A stretch of 64,000 nucleotides of DNA, the filler included, from Acidimicrobiia bacterium (lineage in GTDB: Bacteria > Actinomycetota > Acidimicrobiia > Spongiisociales > CAZKJJ01), in the NCBI GenBank assembly GCA_046759765.1. It is 3 parts of 3 records of this genome, joined end to end, with 100 filler letters (N's around TTAATTAATTAA, not from the genome) between each part and the next. Parts side by side here need not be neighbours in the genome. Positions count along the whole stretch, not along the records: positions 1 to 24,874 come from JBHICV010000022.1; 2 more parts are not named here. One strand, 5' to 3'. The notes below the pieces were generated by a model. The model ran no database searches, was not told the origin of the DNA, and saw only the letters and a program-made list of their open reading frames with translations. Every line of letters starts with the position of its first letter. Position 1 is the first letter of the stretch. The position numbers and the translations under genes are program-made. Below are positions 1 to 8,892 of the stretch, piece by piece.

Positions 1-1846
1 AGGGAGGAGCCACCTTGTTCTTGGCGACTTTGGCTCTCACCCGGTTGCCAATCGCTTCCTGGCCTTGCTTGAGCGTCTCGATCCGCCGGAGGTCGATCCG
101 CACTGAGGAGTAGAACTTGAGCGCCCGACCACCGGGGGTCGTGACAGGGCTGTTGTGAACCATGACGCCGCCGGCGAAGTAGTTATGACCTTTCTCGACC
201 TCTATGTCGTATCGATGTTTCCAATTTGTGGGTCTGAACCACTTGATCTTGCTGATGGGCATCGGTATGAGAACGTGACGCGAGTCAGCGAACTCTGGAA
301 CTAGCTGGAAGCGTCCCCGAAATACTGGAAGTAGCTTGTACTCCATTGAGGGGTGGACGTACTTAGCGATCAACGCCTGGAACCGCCTGGTGGCGTCTAC
401 GCCAAACAACAGGAAGGCCTTACGAGCCTTCCCCTTCTTGGTCAGCCTTGCCTCAATGCCCCACGTCTCTTCGAGATAGTCCCTAAGGCGATGGCGCGTA
501 TCTGGTGACATCGCCTCGACACAGATTTCTATGCGACCGGACCCATCTCGAGTGCGGGCCTGCAATCCCTTGCTGCGCTCGGTGAAGCATGCATCGTCCA
601 TGTACCAGACCGCCAGAGCAAGTGGGGTAAGCCGCTTCAAGTAGTCGTGGTCGAAAACCTTTGCCCCTGGGAGGAGATAGACGGCCTCTCGCAGTTGTGC
701 AAGCTCCGCCAGAGGAGGAGCATCATGGAAGACGGCACCTTTTGTATTCGTGGTTCGACTGGTTCCGATATTCGAAATGAGCGATGCCTTCCAGTCGGCG
801 TACGCAACTTGTTTCACGCCATGGCCGAATCTGAATCGTGCTCCTAATCCGTTCTGGGAAGGTGACAAGGCGCCATCCCCCATGAGCGAGCCGAGGATGA
901 CCTCCCGCTGTTGGTTCGAGAGCCTCTGCTCGGCCACTCTTAGGACGCGGTCACCTACTGACAGATCAGCAGCCTGCGTCCAGCCGGCAGGCGTCCGCAC
1001 GAGATGGTTGGGTGTGCATGCGAAGCTCGGCGGCAGCCCCTTTCCCATAGCTCGCGGAACCGTGATCCGAAGAAACTGCTCCGTGACCCCGTTGTCAAAC
1101 CAGTTGACCACACGTCTTGGGACCACGGCGTCGAGGACCGAATCGTAGGACAGAACCTGGACATCCAGTCGTTGGTTGACGATCTTGCCGATCTTCTCTG
1201 TGCTGCCGTCTGCTAGCAGCACAGGCGTGTCCCAGGACAGGCACCCGAACATGACACCGATCTTCTCCCGCAACTGGTTGATGAAGATCGTGATCGTCCG
1301 CGACCGGCTGACCGAGGCCGTGATCTTGCGCAGTGCCTGCGACATCAGGCGTGCTTGCAACCCGACGTGCGAGTCCCCCATCTCCCCTTCGATCTCGGCC
1401 CTGGGCACCAGCGCCGCCACCGAGTCGATGACCAAAACGTCCAAGGCTCCCGAGCGAATGAGCGTGTCGGCGATCTCGAGCGCTTGCTCGCCGGTGTCGG
1501 GCTGAGAGATGAGCAGGTCGTCGATGTTGACTCCGAGCGCCTTGGCGTAGGTCGGATCGAGTGCGTGCTCGGCGTCGATGAACGCGGCGATGCCGCCGTT
1601 GCGTTGCGCCTCGGCGATCACGTGCAGCGCCAAGGACGTCTTTCCGCTCGCCTCCGGACCGTAGATCTCTACGACCCGCCCCCGCGGCAACCCCCCGACG
1701 CCCAACGCCAGGTCCAGAGACAGCGCCCCGGTTGAGACAGCCTCCACCGGCTGCACGGCATCTTCGCCGAGTTTCATGATGGCGCCCTTGCCGAACTGCC
1801 GCTCGATTTGGGTCATTGCCATCTCGAGGTTCTTGTCGTGATCCAC
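1..1846 (-). CDS. recA: Recombinase RecA, intein-containing; 3' end runs off the window
   Basis: Translated by hand (absent from the ORF track). GTG at 1846 follows AGAAGGAG. The frame reads [27 protein letters not shown]...[24 protein letters not shown]...[11 protein letters not shown]...[12 protein letters not shown][intein][28 protein letters not shown]...KNKVAPP. Confidence 0.97.
   Translation of the reverse strand, partial: MDHDKNLEMAMTQIERQFGKGAIMKLGEDAVQPVEAVSTGALSLDLALGVGGLPRGRVVEIYGPEASGKTSLALHVIAEAQRNGGIAAFIDAEHALDPTYAKALGVNIDDLLISQPDTGEQALEIADTLIRSGALDVLVIDSVAALVPRAEIEGEMGDSHVGLQARLMSQALRKITASVSRSRTITIFINQLREKIGVMFGCLSWDTPVLLADGSTEKIGKIVNQRLDVQVLSYDSVLDAVVPRRVVNWFDNGVTEQFLRITVPRAMGKGLPPSFACTPNHLVRTPAGWTQAADLSVGDRVLRVAEQRLSNQQREVILGSLMGDGALSPSQNGLGARFRFGHGVKQVAYADWKASLISNIGTSRTTNTKGAVFHDAPPLAELAQLREAVYLLPGAKVFDHDYLKRLTPLALAVWYMDDACFTERSKGLQARTRDGSGRIEICVEAMSPDTRHRLRDYLEETWGIEARLTKKGKARKAFLLFGVDATRRFQALIAKYVHPSMEYKLLPVFRGRFQLVPEFADSRHVLIPMPISKIKWFRPTNWKHRYDIEVEKGHNYFAGGVMVHNSPVTTPGGRALKFYSSVRIDLRRIETLKQGQEAIGNRVRAKVAKNKVAPP
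152..1243 (-). mobile_element. RecA intein (364 aa) with LAGLIDADG-type homing endonuclease domain
   Basis: In-frame 1092-nt insert between IGVMFG and SP. It starts with Cys ([13 protein letters not shown]), has block [12 protein letters not shown], endonuclease motifs [10 protein letters not shown] and [11 protein letters not shown], and ends [20 protein letters not shown] followed by +1 Ser. This is the same site as the Mycobacterium leprae RecA intein. Confidence 0.95.
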
Positions 1847-1871
1847 CGACTTCTCCTTCTCCGATCCCAGA

Positions 1872-1893
1872 ACGCTACCGACTACCTGTGACA
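1872..1893 (-). promoter_or_regulatory. Candidate PafBC-dependent (RecA-NDp-like) promoter of recA
   Basis: Minus strand TGTCAC-AGGTAGTCGG(N10)-TAGCGT compared with the actinobacterial motif TGTCRG-N10-TAnnnT (one mismatch). It lies 25 nt upstream of the recA start. Confidence 0.55.
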
Positions 1894-1925
1894 GAAACTA
1901 CACGGATGTGATCTGTCATGTTAGG

Positions 1926-1939
1926 CGAACAGGTGTTCG
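1926..1939. promoter_or_regulatory. LexA SOS box upstream of recA
   Basis: CGAACAGGTGTTCG matches the Gram-positive/actinobacterial GAAC-N4-GTTC box. On the minus strand it fills the 17-bp spacer between TTTCAA (-35-like) and TAACAT (-10-like). Confidence 0.88.
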
Positions 1940-1947
1940 ATTGAAAG

Positions 1948-2499
1948 TCATGTACGAAGCGGGAACGACTCCAGTTCCTCATACGTAGCTGACGGCCGGC
2001 CGAGGTGGCTTCGATAGACGACCACCCTGTCGACCGGCATTCGGACGTCCAGGCTCGGAGTGCCATCGACGATCACCTCCACGGACTCCCGGGGCCTGAC
2101 CCGGGCCAGCGTCAAGTGACCACGAAACGGCCGGTCCTCGGGCGGAAATCCGGCGGTCTCAAGGGCTACCTCCACCTCGCCGGCCAGCTCTTTCAGCGGC
2201 TCGGCTCCGTCCCCTACCGCCACCCACAGCACAGCCGCCCGCCGTGGCTTGGGAAACGCCCCCAGGACCGTAAAGCTGATCCCAAAGGCCTCCCCCAGCT
2301 CAGCTTCGGCCAGCGAGGCAACCACCTTGTCATAGGTCACCTCGTCCGTCTGACCGAGGAACCGAATGGTCAGGTGCCAGTTCTCCGGCGGGACCGCCTT
2401 ACCGGGAACTTCTACTCCGGTGTCCGACAGGCGAGCCACGAGGCCGTGGCGGGCCTCGTCTGTCAATGGCACGGCAACGAACAGCCGTCCTACCACCAC
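1948..2499 (-). CDS. thpR: RNA 2',3'-cyclic phosphodiesterase (2H phosphoesterase)
   Basis: RLFVAV N-terminus and two HxT motifs (WHLTIRFLG, GHLTLAR). It sits between cinA and recA. Confidence 0.9.
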   Translation of the reverse strand: MVVGRLFVAVPLTDEARHGLVARLSDTGVEVPGKAVPPENWHLTIRFLGQTDEVTYDKVVASLAEAELGEAFGISFTVLGAFPKPRRAAVLWVAVGDGAEPLKELAGEVEVALETAGFPPEDRPFRGHLTLARVRPRESVEVIVDGTPSLDVRMPVDRVVVYRSHLGRPSATYEELESFPLRT

Positions 2500-3731
2500 A
2501 GTCCTTGGACGGCCAACCTCACGAGGTGAATCCCGGCTGTTGCTCCGTAAGTGCGGACTCGTTCGCGGTCCCCGGGAAGTCGGATGGTCCGGGACCGCAG
2601 GTCCTCAGGAGTCCCCACCGCAAAGACCATCGTCCCCGCAGGCTGTTCGAGCTCATCGGGCCCGGCGGAGCCCGTGACGGCCAAGACCACATCGGCCTCT
2701 AGCGCCTTCGCAGCACCCTCGGCCATCTCGCGGGCGACCTCCTCGCTCACGACGCCGAAGCGGGCAATGACGTCGCTCGACACTCCCACGAGACTCTCCT
2801 TGAGGTCGGCGGAGTAGGCGATGACCGACCCTTTGAACACCTCCGAAGCCCCGGGAACCTGCGTCAGCCGGGCCGCCACCAGGCCGGCCGTGGCGGATTC
2901 GACCGTGCCCAGGGTCCAGCCCCGAGCTTTGCACTCACGGAGCACTACCTCCTCGACCGTCTCATCATCCAAAGCAAAGACGGAGGATCCGAGCCGCTCC
3001 CGAACCTCGTGCTCGAGAGGGGCGAGCAGCTCGGCCGCGGCTTCGGGAGTGCCGGCCTGGGCGGTCAGCCGGACCTTTATCTCCCCGGCCGACGCGAGAT
3101 ACGCCACCGACGGGTTGGCGGACCGCTGGTAGAGGTCGTCCAGCATCTCCGACACCGCGGACTCGGACGCCCCCCAAGTTCGCAAGAGACGCGACACCAG
3201 CGCCTCGCTCTCGCCCCGGAAGTCCCAGAGCTTCGGGAGAACATACTCAGCCAACATCTGGTCCATCTCGGCCGGGACGCCTGGCACGGCGAAGACGAGG
3301 GTGTCATCGACCATCATCGAGAGCCCCGGCGCCGTGCCCTTTGGGTTGGGGAGACGGCTGGCCCCCCGTGGGTACTCGGCCTGACGAAGATTGTTGGAGG
3401 GCATCCGTCGTCCGATGGATGAGAACCGGCGGCGCAGCTCGTCGGCGTAATCGTCGTCGAAGTCCATCGGGACGCCAGCCAGGTCAGAGAGCGCCTCGCG
3501 GGTCAGATCGTCCGGGGTCGGTCCTAGTCCACCAGTGATGATGACAGAGTCAGATCGCTCGACCGCCTGGCGAAGTGCAGCCACCAGCCTTTCGCGGTTG
3601 TCTCCCACCACGGTCTGGAAGTGAGCATCGAAGCCGGAGGAGGCCAGGTCCTCACCTATCCGGGCCGCGTTGGTGTTGACGATCTGACCCAAGAGCAGCT
3701 CCGTCCCCACGGCAACGACCTCGACAATCAC
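2490..3731 (-). CDS. cinA: Competence/damage-inducible protein CinA (MocF domain plus NMN deamidase)
   Basis: VGTELLLGQIVNTN, GGLGPTPDDLT, GTAPG and ESATAG...PGASEVF motifs. Confidence 0.93.
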   Translation of the reverse strand: MIVEVVAVGTELLLGQIVNTNAARIGEDLASSGFDAHFQTVVGDNRERLVAALRQAVERSDSVIITGGLGPTPDDLTREALSDLAGVPMDFDDDYADELRRRFSSIGRRMPSNNLRQAEYPRGASRLPNPKGTAPGLSMMVDDTLVFAVPGVPAEMDQMLAEYVLPKLWDFRGESEALVSRLLRTWGASESAVSEMLDDLYQRSANPSVAYLASAGEIKVRLTAQAGTPEAAAELLAPLEHEVRERLGSSVFALDDETVEEVVLRECKARGWTLGTVESATAGLVAARLTQVPGASEVFKGSVIAYSADLKESLVGVSSDVIARFGVVSEEVAREMAEGAAKALEADVVLAVTGSAGPDELEQPAGTMVFAVGTPEDLRSRTIRLPGDRERVRTYGATAGIHLVRLAVQGLWW

Positions 3732-4246
3732 TTGTCGAGGCTCTCGTACGAGCCGCGGAAATAGACCAGGGGATCCGAGAGATCGCCCAGCTCGATCCGG
3801 TCGATGAAGCCCTCGATCAGGGCCAGATAGCCAACATCGCGCGTGTCACCCAGACTGCAGAAGGCGCGGGTCGGCACCTCCTCGAGAACAGGCCCCCAAT
3901 CGCTGTCCGATACCTCTCTCGTCTCAAACGGCCCGCCCGGAGCAGGCCTGAGGCCCGCGAACTCATCGGACAGCTGCCGATCCGCAGACGCCAGAACGTG
4001 AACGACGAAACGCTCCGAATTCACGAGCTCCCCAAAGAAGTCACTGGCGGGGTTCACGAGAGCCAGAACGACGGAGGGGTCGCCCTCGGCAACCGTTATC
4101 GCCGAGACCGTCAAGCCGGCCGCGTCGCCGGCCTTGGAGGTGAGCACGGTCACACCCGATGCAAGCCGCCCCCGAAACTGGCGCGAGGGATCGCGTTCGC
4201 TCGCGGGCGTCGCGAACGGATGGTCGCCGTGAATGCCGCTGGTCAT
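3728..4246 (-). CDS. Flavin reductase family protein
   Basis: FRGRLASGVTVLT...GLTVS...DP...PLVYFRGSY. Overlaps both neighbours by 4 nt. Confidence 0.85.
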   Translation of the reverse strand: MTSGIHGDHPFATPASERDPSRQFRGRLASGVTVLTSKAGDAAGLTVSAITVAEGDPSVVLALVNPASDFFGELVNSERFVVHVLASADRQLSDEFAGLRPAPGGPFETREVSDSDWGPVLEEVPTRAFCSLGDTRDVGYLALIEGFIDRIELGDLSDPLVYFRGSYESLDK

Positions 4247-4515
4247 CGGCGAAGGTCGTCGACCTTGGCTGCCAGCGGGCCGGGTCCCAGGGAAGCAGCC
4301 ACCGACTCCCAGTGTTCGGCTGTTATCTCATTGCCGGCGTCGAGATCGGCGGCCGCGACATCAACCGCCAGACATACTGATTCATAGATTCCGAGCTGGT
4401 CGAGCTCGACCGCCCTCTCCATTGCTCTTCGGGCAGACTGCGGGTCGCCGTTACCCAAGGCCGACAGGGCCCGCTCGACCGCAGTCAGTGCGTTGCGTTG
4501 CTTCTTGCCGTTCAT
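4243..4515 (-). CDS. Small helical hypothetical protein
   Basis: 90-aa ORF with 4-nt overlaps to both neighbours, exactly filling the gap. Confidence 0.7.
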   Translation of the reverse strand: MNGKKQRNALTAVERALSALGNGDPQSARRAMERAVELDQLGIYESVCLAVDVAAADLDAGNEITAEHWESVAASLGPGPLAAKVDDLRR

Positions 4516-5660
4516 AGGAACGTGGACGGATCTTCCAGGTTCTCGGAGAGCTTGCCGATGAACCGTCGTCCGAGAGCTCCGTCGATAACACGGTGATCGT
4601 ACGAGAGTGACAGTGGCACCATGGGTGCGATTCTCACCTCACCGTCTTCAACGACCGGTTTGTCCTGCGCCCGACCGAAGGACAAGATCGCGGTAGTTCC
4701 ATAGGGAACGATCGGGGTTCCGTGGCCGCCACCGACGGCCCCGATATTGGACACCGTGAAGGTTGCTCCCCGCACCTCGTCCGGAACCAGCGATCGGGCA
4801 ATGGCGGCTTCGACCAGGCGAGAGACTTCCTGGGCCAGTTGCTCTATCGCCAGCTCGTCGGCCCGTGATGCTACCGGCACTATCAACCCGGCCGGAGTGT
4901 CGACCGCGATGCCGATGTCGTAGTGACGTTTGAGGATCAGGTCCTCTCCGTCGAGCGAAGCATTGAACTCCGCGAACTCGACCAGGACGGGAAGCACCGC
5001 CTTGATCACCAGCGCTTCAATGGGAAAGTCGCCGTGCGCATCAGCAAGCGCACGTCGAGCCTCCAGCAGCGGCCTTCCGTCGATGTCGTCGAAGGTCGTT
5101 ACGTGCGGAATCTCCGTCCACGACTTGCTGAGGTGTTCCGAGATGGTGCGCCGCAGCTTCGAGAGCCTCACACGCTCCTCGGGAGCATCTGTGGCGGCGG
5201 TTGAGGCCCTTTCAACATCCTCGCGGGTGATCCGTCCGCCGGGCCCTGTACCGGGAACGGTCGCCAGGTCGACGCCCATCTCACGGGCCAGCTTCCGAAC
5301 CACAGGCAAGGCTTGCACCGCCGCGGTCGGGTCAGCCGGGGCCGTCTCGTTGGCCGAAGTCAGAACTTCGGCCTCTTCCGGCAGCGTTCCAACGATGGGG
5401 GCGTCGGGCTCCCACGTCTCGTCCGCCGCCCCGATGACGGCCAGGATCTCGCCCACTCGTATCACATCGCCCTCGGCGCCTCCTCGATGCAGGAGGATCC
5501 CGGAGGCGGGGGCCGGTATCTCGACTACAGCCTTATCGGTCTCCACTTCGACCAGGGGTTGATCGGCCTTGACCTCGTCACCGACGTCCACCAGCCATCG
5601 GACGATCTCGCCTTCGGTCAGGCCCTCTCCTATGTCAGGGAGTCGAAACTCGTGTGCCAC
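4512..5660 (-). CDS. pdhC: 2-oxoacid dehydrogenase E2 (dihydrolipoamide acyltransferase)
   Basis: Lipoyl domain (VETDKAVVEIP), E3-binding domain (GTGPGGRIT) and catalytic DHRVIDG. Confidence 0.9.
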   Translation of the reverse strand: MAHEFRLPDIGEGLTEGEIVRWLVDVGDEVKADQPLVEVETDKAVVEIPAPASGILLHRGGAEGDVIRVGEILAVIGAADETWEPDAPIVGTLPEEAEVLTSANETAPADPTAAVQALPVVRKLAREMGVDLATVPGTGPGGRITREDVERASTAATDAPEERVRLSKLRRTISEHLSKSWTEIPHVTTFDDIDGRPLLEARRALADAHGDFPIEALVIKAVLPVLVEFAEFNASLDGEDLILKRHYDIGIAVDTPAGLIVPVASRADELAIEQLAQEVSRLVEAAIARSLVPDEVRGATFTVSNIGAVGGGHGTPIVPYGTTAILSFGRAQDKPVVEDGEVRIAPMVPLSLSYDHRVIDGALGRRFIGKLSENLEDPSTFL

Positions 5661-6637
5661 TAGCCCTCCAGGGTCTTGCGCACCGCGCTCAGGATCCGTT
5701 CAGGGTCGGGCAGGTAGTGGTGCTCGGCGCGCTTGAGCGGGAATATGGTATCCCAGCCCGTTACCCGCTCCACCGGCGCCGCCAACGAATAGAGACACTG
5801 TTCCTGGATCTGAGCGACTATCTCGGCGCCCAGTCCGGCGGTACGGGGAGCTTCGTGCACCACGACTGCTCGGCCGGTCTTGGACACCGAGGCCACAGCT
5901 GCACCCATGTCGAGCGGCGCCAGCGTGCGCACGTCGATCACCTCGGCCGAGACACCCTCTTCTGCCAGGCGCTCAGCCACCTGACGGACCTCTTTCATCA
6001 TCGCGCCCCACGAGATGATCGTGACATCGGTTCCTTCGGCCGCCACCTTCGCGACTCCGATCGGAACCATGTGAGTGCCCCGGGGAACCTCCTCCTTGAC
6101 GGCGCGATAGAGACGGATCGGCTCCAAGAACACAACCGGATCCGGATCGGCCACGGCGGATAAGAGCAGACCCCTGGCGTCGGCAGGAGTCGACGGAACG
6201 ACAACCTTCAGCCCTGGGATATGAGCGTATATCGCCTCGGTGGATTCACTGTGATGCTCGGCCGCCCCGATGCCCCCGCCGTACGGCATCCTGATGACGA
6301 GCGGCGCAGTGAAGCGGTGTCGGGAGCGATTCCTGATCCGACTGACATGACTGATGATCTGGTCGTATGCGGGGTACGAGAAGCCCATGAACTGCATCTC
6401 CGCCACGGGACGCATCCCCCCAACTGCCAGGCCAAAAGCAGCCCCGACGATGCCTGCTTCGGCTACGGGTGTGTCGACGACCCGGTCGGAGCCGAACCGC
6501 TCCTGGAGGCCATCGGTGATCCGAAACACCCCTCCCGTCCGTCCGACGTCCTCCCCGAGGATTAAGACTCGCGGGTCCTCCGCCAACGCATCCGACAGAG
6601 CCTGGTTGAGAGCCTGAGCAAGGTTGATCGCAGTCAT
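5660..6637 (-). CDS. pdhB: 2-oxoacid (pyruvate or branched-chain) dehydrogenase E1 beta
   Basis: GEDVGRTGGVFRITDGL, DTPVAEAGIVG, EMQFMGF and EHHSES motifs. Confidence 0.9.
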   Translation of the reverse strand: MTAINLAQALNQALSDALAEDPRVLILGEDVGRTGGVFRITDGLQERFGSDRVVDTPVAEAGIVGAAFGLAVGGMRPVAEMQFMGFSYPAYDQIISHVSRIRNRSRHRFTAPLVIRMPYGGGIGAAEHHSESTEAIYAHIPGLKVVVPSTPADARGLLLSAVADPDPVVFLEPIRLYRAVKEEVPRGTHMVPIGVAKVAAEGTDVTIISWGAMMKEVRQVAERLAEEGVSAEVIDVRTLAPLDMGAAVASVSKTGRAVVVHEAPRTAGLGAEIVAQIQEQCLYSLAAPVERVTGWDTIFPLKRAEHHYLPDPERILSAVRKTLEG

Positions 6638-7647
6638 GCTCGCTCCCGTTGCTCCAACAAGGGCAGGGTCGGCTCTTCGAACATGGCATCGAACGTATCG
6701 GCCGCCTCGAGGGGAGCGAGGGACTCGGCCTCAATCACTGCCCGATCGATCTCCTCGGTGGCGGCGGCCTTCGTCTCTTTCTCGAATTGCTCATCCCATC
6801 CCCGGTTGGCCGCCAGGAAGAGTCGGACCCGCTCAACAGGGTCGCGGTCACGCCACTCATCCGGCTCGGTGTCGGGTCGGTACCGGGAGGGATCGTCCGA
6901 GGTGGTGTGCGGCCCAAGCCGGTAAGTAACCGCCTCGATCAGGGTGGCTCCCCCGCCGCTGCGGGCCCGGTCGACGGCCTCGCTCGTTGCCTCGAAGACA
7001 GCGAAAAGGTCGTTGCCGTCGACCTGTGTGCCTGGCAACCCATAGGCATCGGCTTTCTGAGCAATCGTCTCGGACGCGCTCTGGCGCTCGCGCGAAAGCG
7101 AGATGGCGTACTGATTGTTCTCGCATAGGAAAACTGTTCCCAGCTCGAACACACCGGCGAAGTTCATGGCCTCGTGGAAGTCACCTTCTGAAGTTGCCCC
7201 GTCACCGAAGTAGGTGATGGCTACGCGGTCCCGGCCCTGTAGGCGCTCGGCCCATGCCAGGCCCACCGCATGGAGCATGTGGGCTCCGACAGTGATCGAC
7301 GGAGGAAGCACCCGCACGCCCTCAGGAGATGACCCGCCCCGTTCGTCCCCGGTCCGACCCAGTATCAGAAGGCTCCACGGGTAGCCGTGCAGCCACATGG
7401 CGGCGGCGTCCCGGTAGGTGGCCACCATCCAGTCGTCGGCGCGAAGGGCGGCGGCACTTCCGATCTGGGCCGCCTCCTGCCCTTCTAGCGGGGCATAAGT
7501 CGCCAGCCGGCCCTGCCTCTGAAGGCTGGAGCCCTTCCGGTCGTAGGTTCGTGCCGCCACCATCGCCGCGTACAGTCGACGGGTCTCGGCAAGATCGAAG
7601 GGAGCCTCGCCGGTCAAGGTGCCGTCGGGCGCCAGGATCTGACGCAT
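6634..7647 (-). CDS. pdhA: 2-oxoacid dehydrogenase E1 alpha
   Basis: LQRQGR, GQEAAQIG, TPP motif GDGATSEGDFHEAMNFA...ENN and HTTSDDP. Start trimmed to ATG 7647 (MRQILAPDG) because the longer ORF overlaps the MFS gene and TACTCT lies 7 nt upstream. Confidence 0.9.
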   Translation of the reverse strand: MRQILAPDGTLTGEAPFDLAETRRLYAAMVAARTYDRKGSSLQRQGRLATYAPLEGQEAAQIGSAAALRADDWMVATYRDAAAMWLHGYPWSLLILGRTGDERGGSSPEGVRVLPPSITVGAHMLHAVGLAWAERLQGRDRVAITYFGDGATSEGDFHEAMNFAGVFELGTVFLCENNQYAISLSRERQSASETIAQKADAYGLPGTQVDGNDLFAVFEATSEAVDRARSGGGATLIEAVTYRLGPHTTSDDPSRYRPDTEPDEWRDRDPVERVRLFLAANRGWDEQFEKETKAAATEEIDRAVIEAESLAPLEAADTFDAMFEEPTLPLLEQRERA

Positions 7648-7664
7648 CGGCGGAAGAGTAGCGA

Positions 7665-8879
7665 TCAGCCTGTGGCCGCCCGGGCGGCGGCGATGGTCCG
7701 GTTGTTCACTATTCCCGCCGTGACGGCGAGCAGCAAGAACCATGCGGCGGCGGCCAGGAAGAAAGGTGCTCGAATTCCCAGCGCGGCGGCGACGAAGCCT
7801 CCGACGAGAGCCCCTATGGGTTGCGTTCCCCACGCCAGAAGACGGGCCACGCTGGCAACTCGACCCCGGAGCTCGTCGGGTGTCAGCTCTTGACGGAGGG
7901 TGACCGAGACCACATTCCAGGAGGTCGTCGAGAGTCCGTAAAGACCCGCGATCACCCCGACCATCAAGGTCGACCGGGCGAACCCCATCGCCAATGACAG
8001 GATTGCGGACAGGCCCACAATGCCCTGAATCGTGAAACCCGGACCGAGAAGCCGGATGGTGCGAGGCGCGTTGAGCGCGCCGATCAGACCCGTGAAACCG
8101 ACGATCGAGAGCAGGATCCCGTACCCGAATTCGCTCAGTCCAATCTCCTGAGTGATGAACAGAACGAAGACCGCGAATATGGCCGAACCGAATAGGTTGA
8201 TGGTTCCTGCCATCAGCGCCAGCGTGAACAGCACTTTCTGGTGGTAGAGCCATCGCAAGGCCTCACCGACATCGGCCGTTATCGAACGGTCATCCGAGGC
8301 GCGGTCTGCTCGGTACTTTCCTCCGATGAACGCCACCAGAACCGCGGCGAGCACAAACGACGCCGAGTCCAGGAAGAAGGGCAACGTGGCGACAGTGGCG
8401 AACAGGAAGGCTCCCAGGGGGGGACCAAAGAACGAGCTGGTCACCCAGACGGTGCCTTGCAGTCGGCCGTTGGCGTCGGGCAGCGCGCCCTCGGGGACGA
8501 GATTGGGAATGATCGCCTCGGACGAGGTATCGAAGAGCGTTTCGGCGGAGCCGAGCAGGAATGCGACGACATAAATGAGGGGAAGGGAAACGACGTCAGC
8601 CAGCACGGCGACAGCCAACAATCCCACTAGTACCGCCCGCGCCAGGTCGACGTAGACCATTACCAGGCGGCGATCGAGCCGATCGGAGAGCGCCCCCGCC
8701 AAGAGTGCGAAGAGAAACCAGGGCAGTGTTCCCGCGAAGGACGCCAGGGCCACGGCGACGGGATCGGTCGTGAGCGATACCACCAGAAGCGGTAGCGCCG
8801 CGAAGAAGATCCCGTCTCCGAGATTCGATACCCCTGCGGCCGCCCAGAGAAGTGAAAACCGGCGACCCGGCTTGGCCAT
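7665..8879 (-). CDS. MFS transporter (macrolide-efflux/DHA3-like)
   Basis: About 12 hydrophobic segments, GALSDRLDRR motif A and RQELTPDELRGRV. Confidence 0.88.
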   Translation of the reverse strand: MAKPGRRFSLLWAAAGVSNLGDGIFFAALPLLVVSLTTDPVAVALASFAGTLPWFLFALLAGALSDRLDRRLVMVYVDLARAVLVGLLAVAVLADVVSLPLIYVVAFLLGSAETLFDTSSEAIIPNLVPEGALPDANGRLQGTVWVTSSFFGPPLGAFLFATVATLPFFLDSASFVLAAVLVAFIGGKYRADRASDDRSITADVGEALRWLYHQKVLFTLALMAGTINLFGSAIFAVFVLFITQEIGLSEFGYGILLSIVGFTGLIGALNAPRTIRLLGPGFTIQGIVGLSAILSLAMGFARSTLMVGVIAGLYGLSTTSWNVVSVTLRQELTPDELRGRVASVARLLAWGTQPIGALVGGFVAAALGIRAPFFLAAAAWFLLLAVTAGIVNNRTIAAARAATG

Positions 8880-8892
8880 CAGGGGCCCGTTT

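Noticed and set aside
647..1735. Several plus-strand ORFs listed in the track
   Set aside because: They are antisense shadows of recA and its intein, which the track missed because the stop codon lies outside the window.
7648..8253. Long N-terminal extension of pdhA (539-aa ORF)
   Set aside because: It overlaps the MFS gene in another frame and is low-complexity. The E1-alpha homology starts at 7647.
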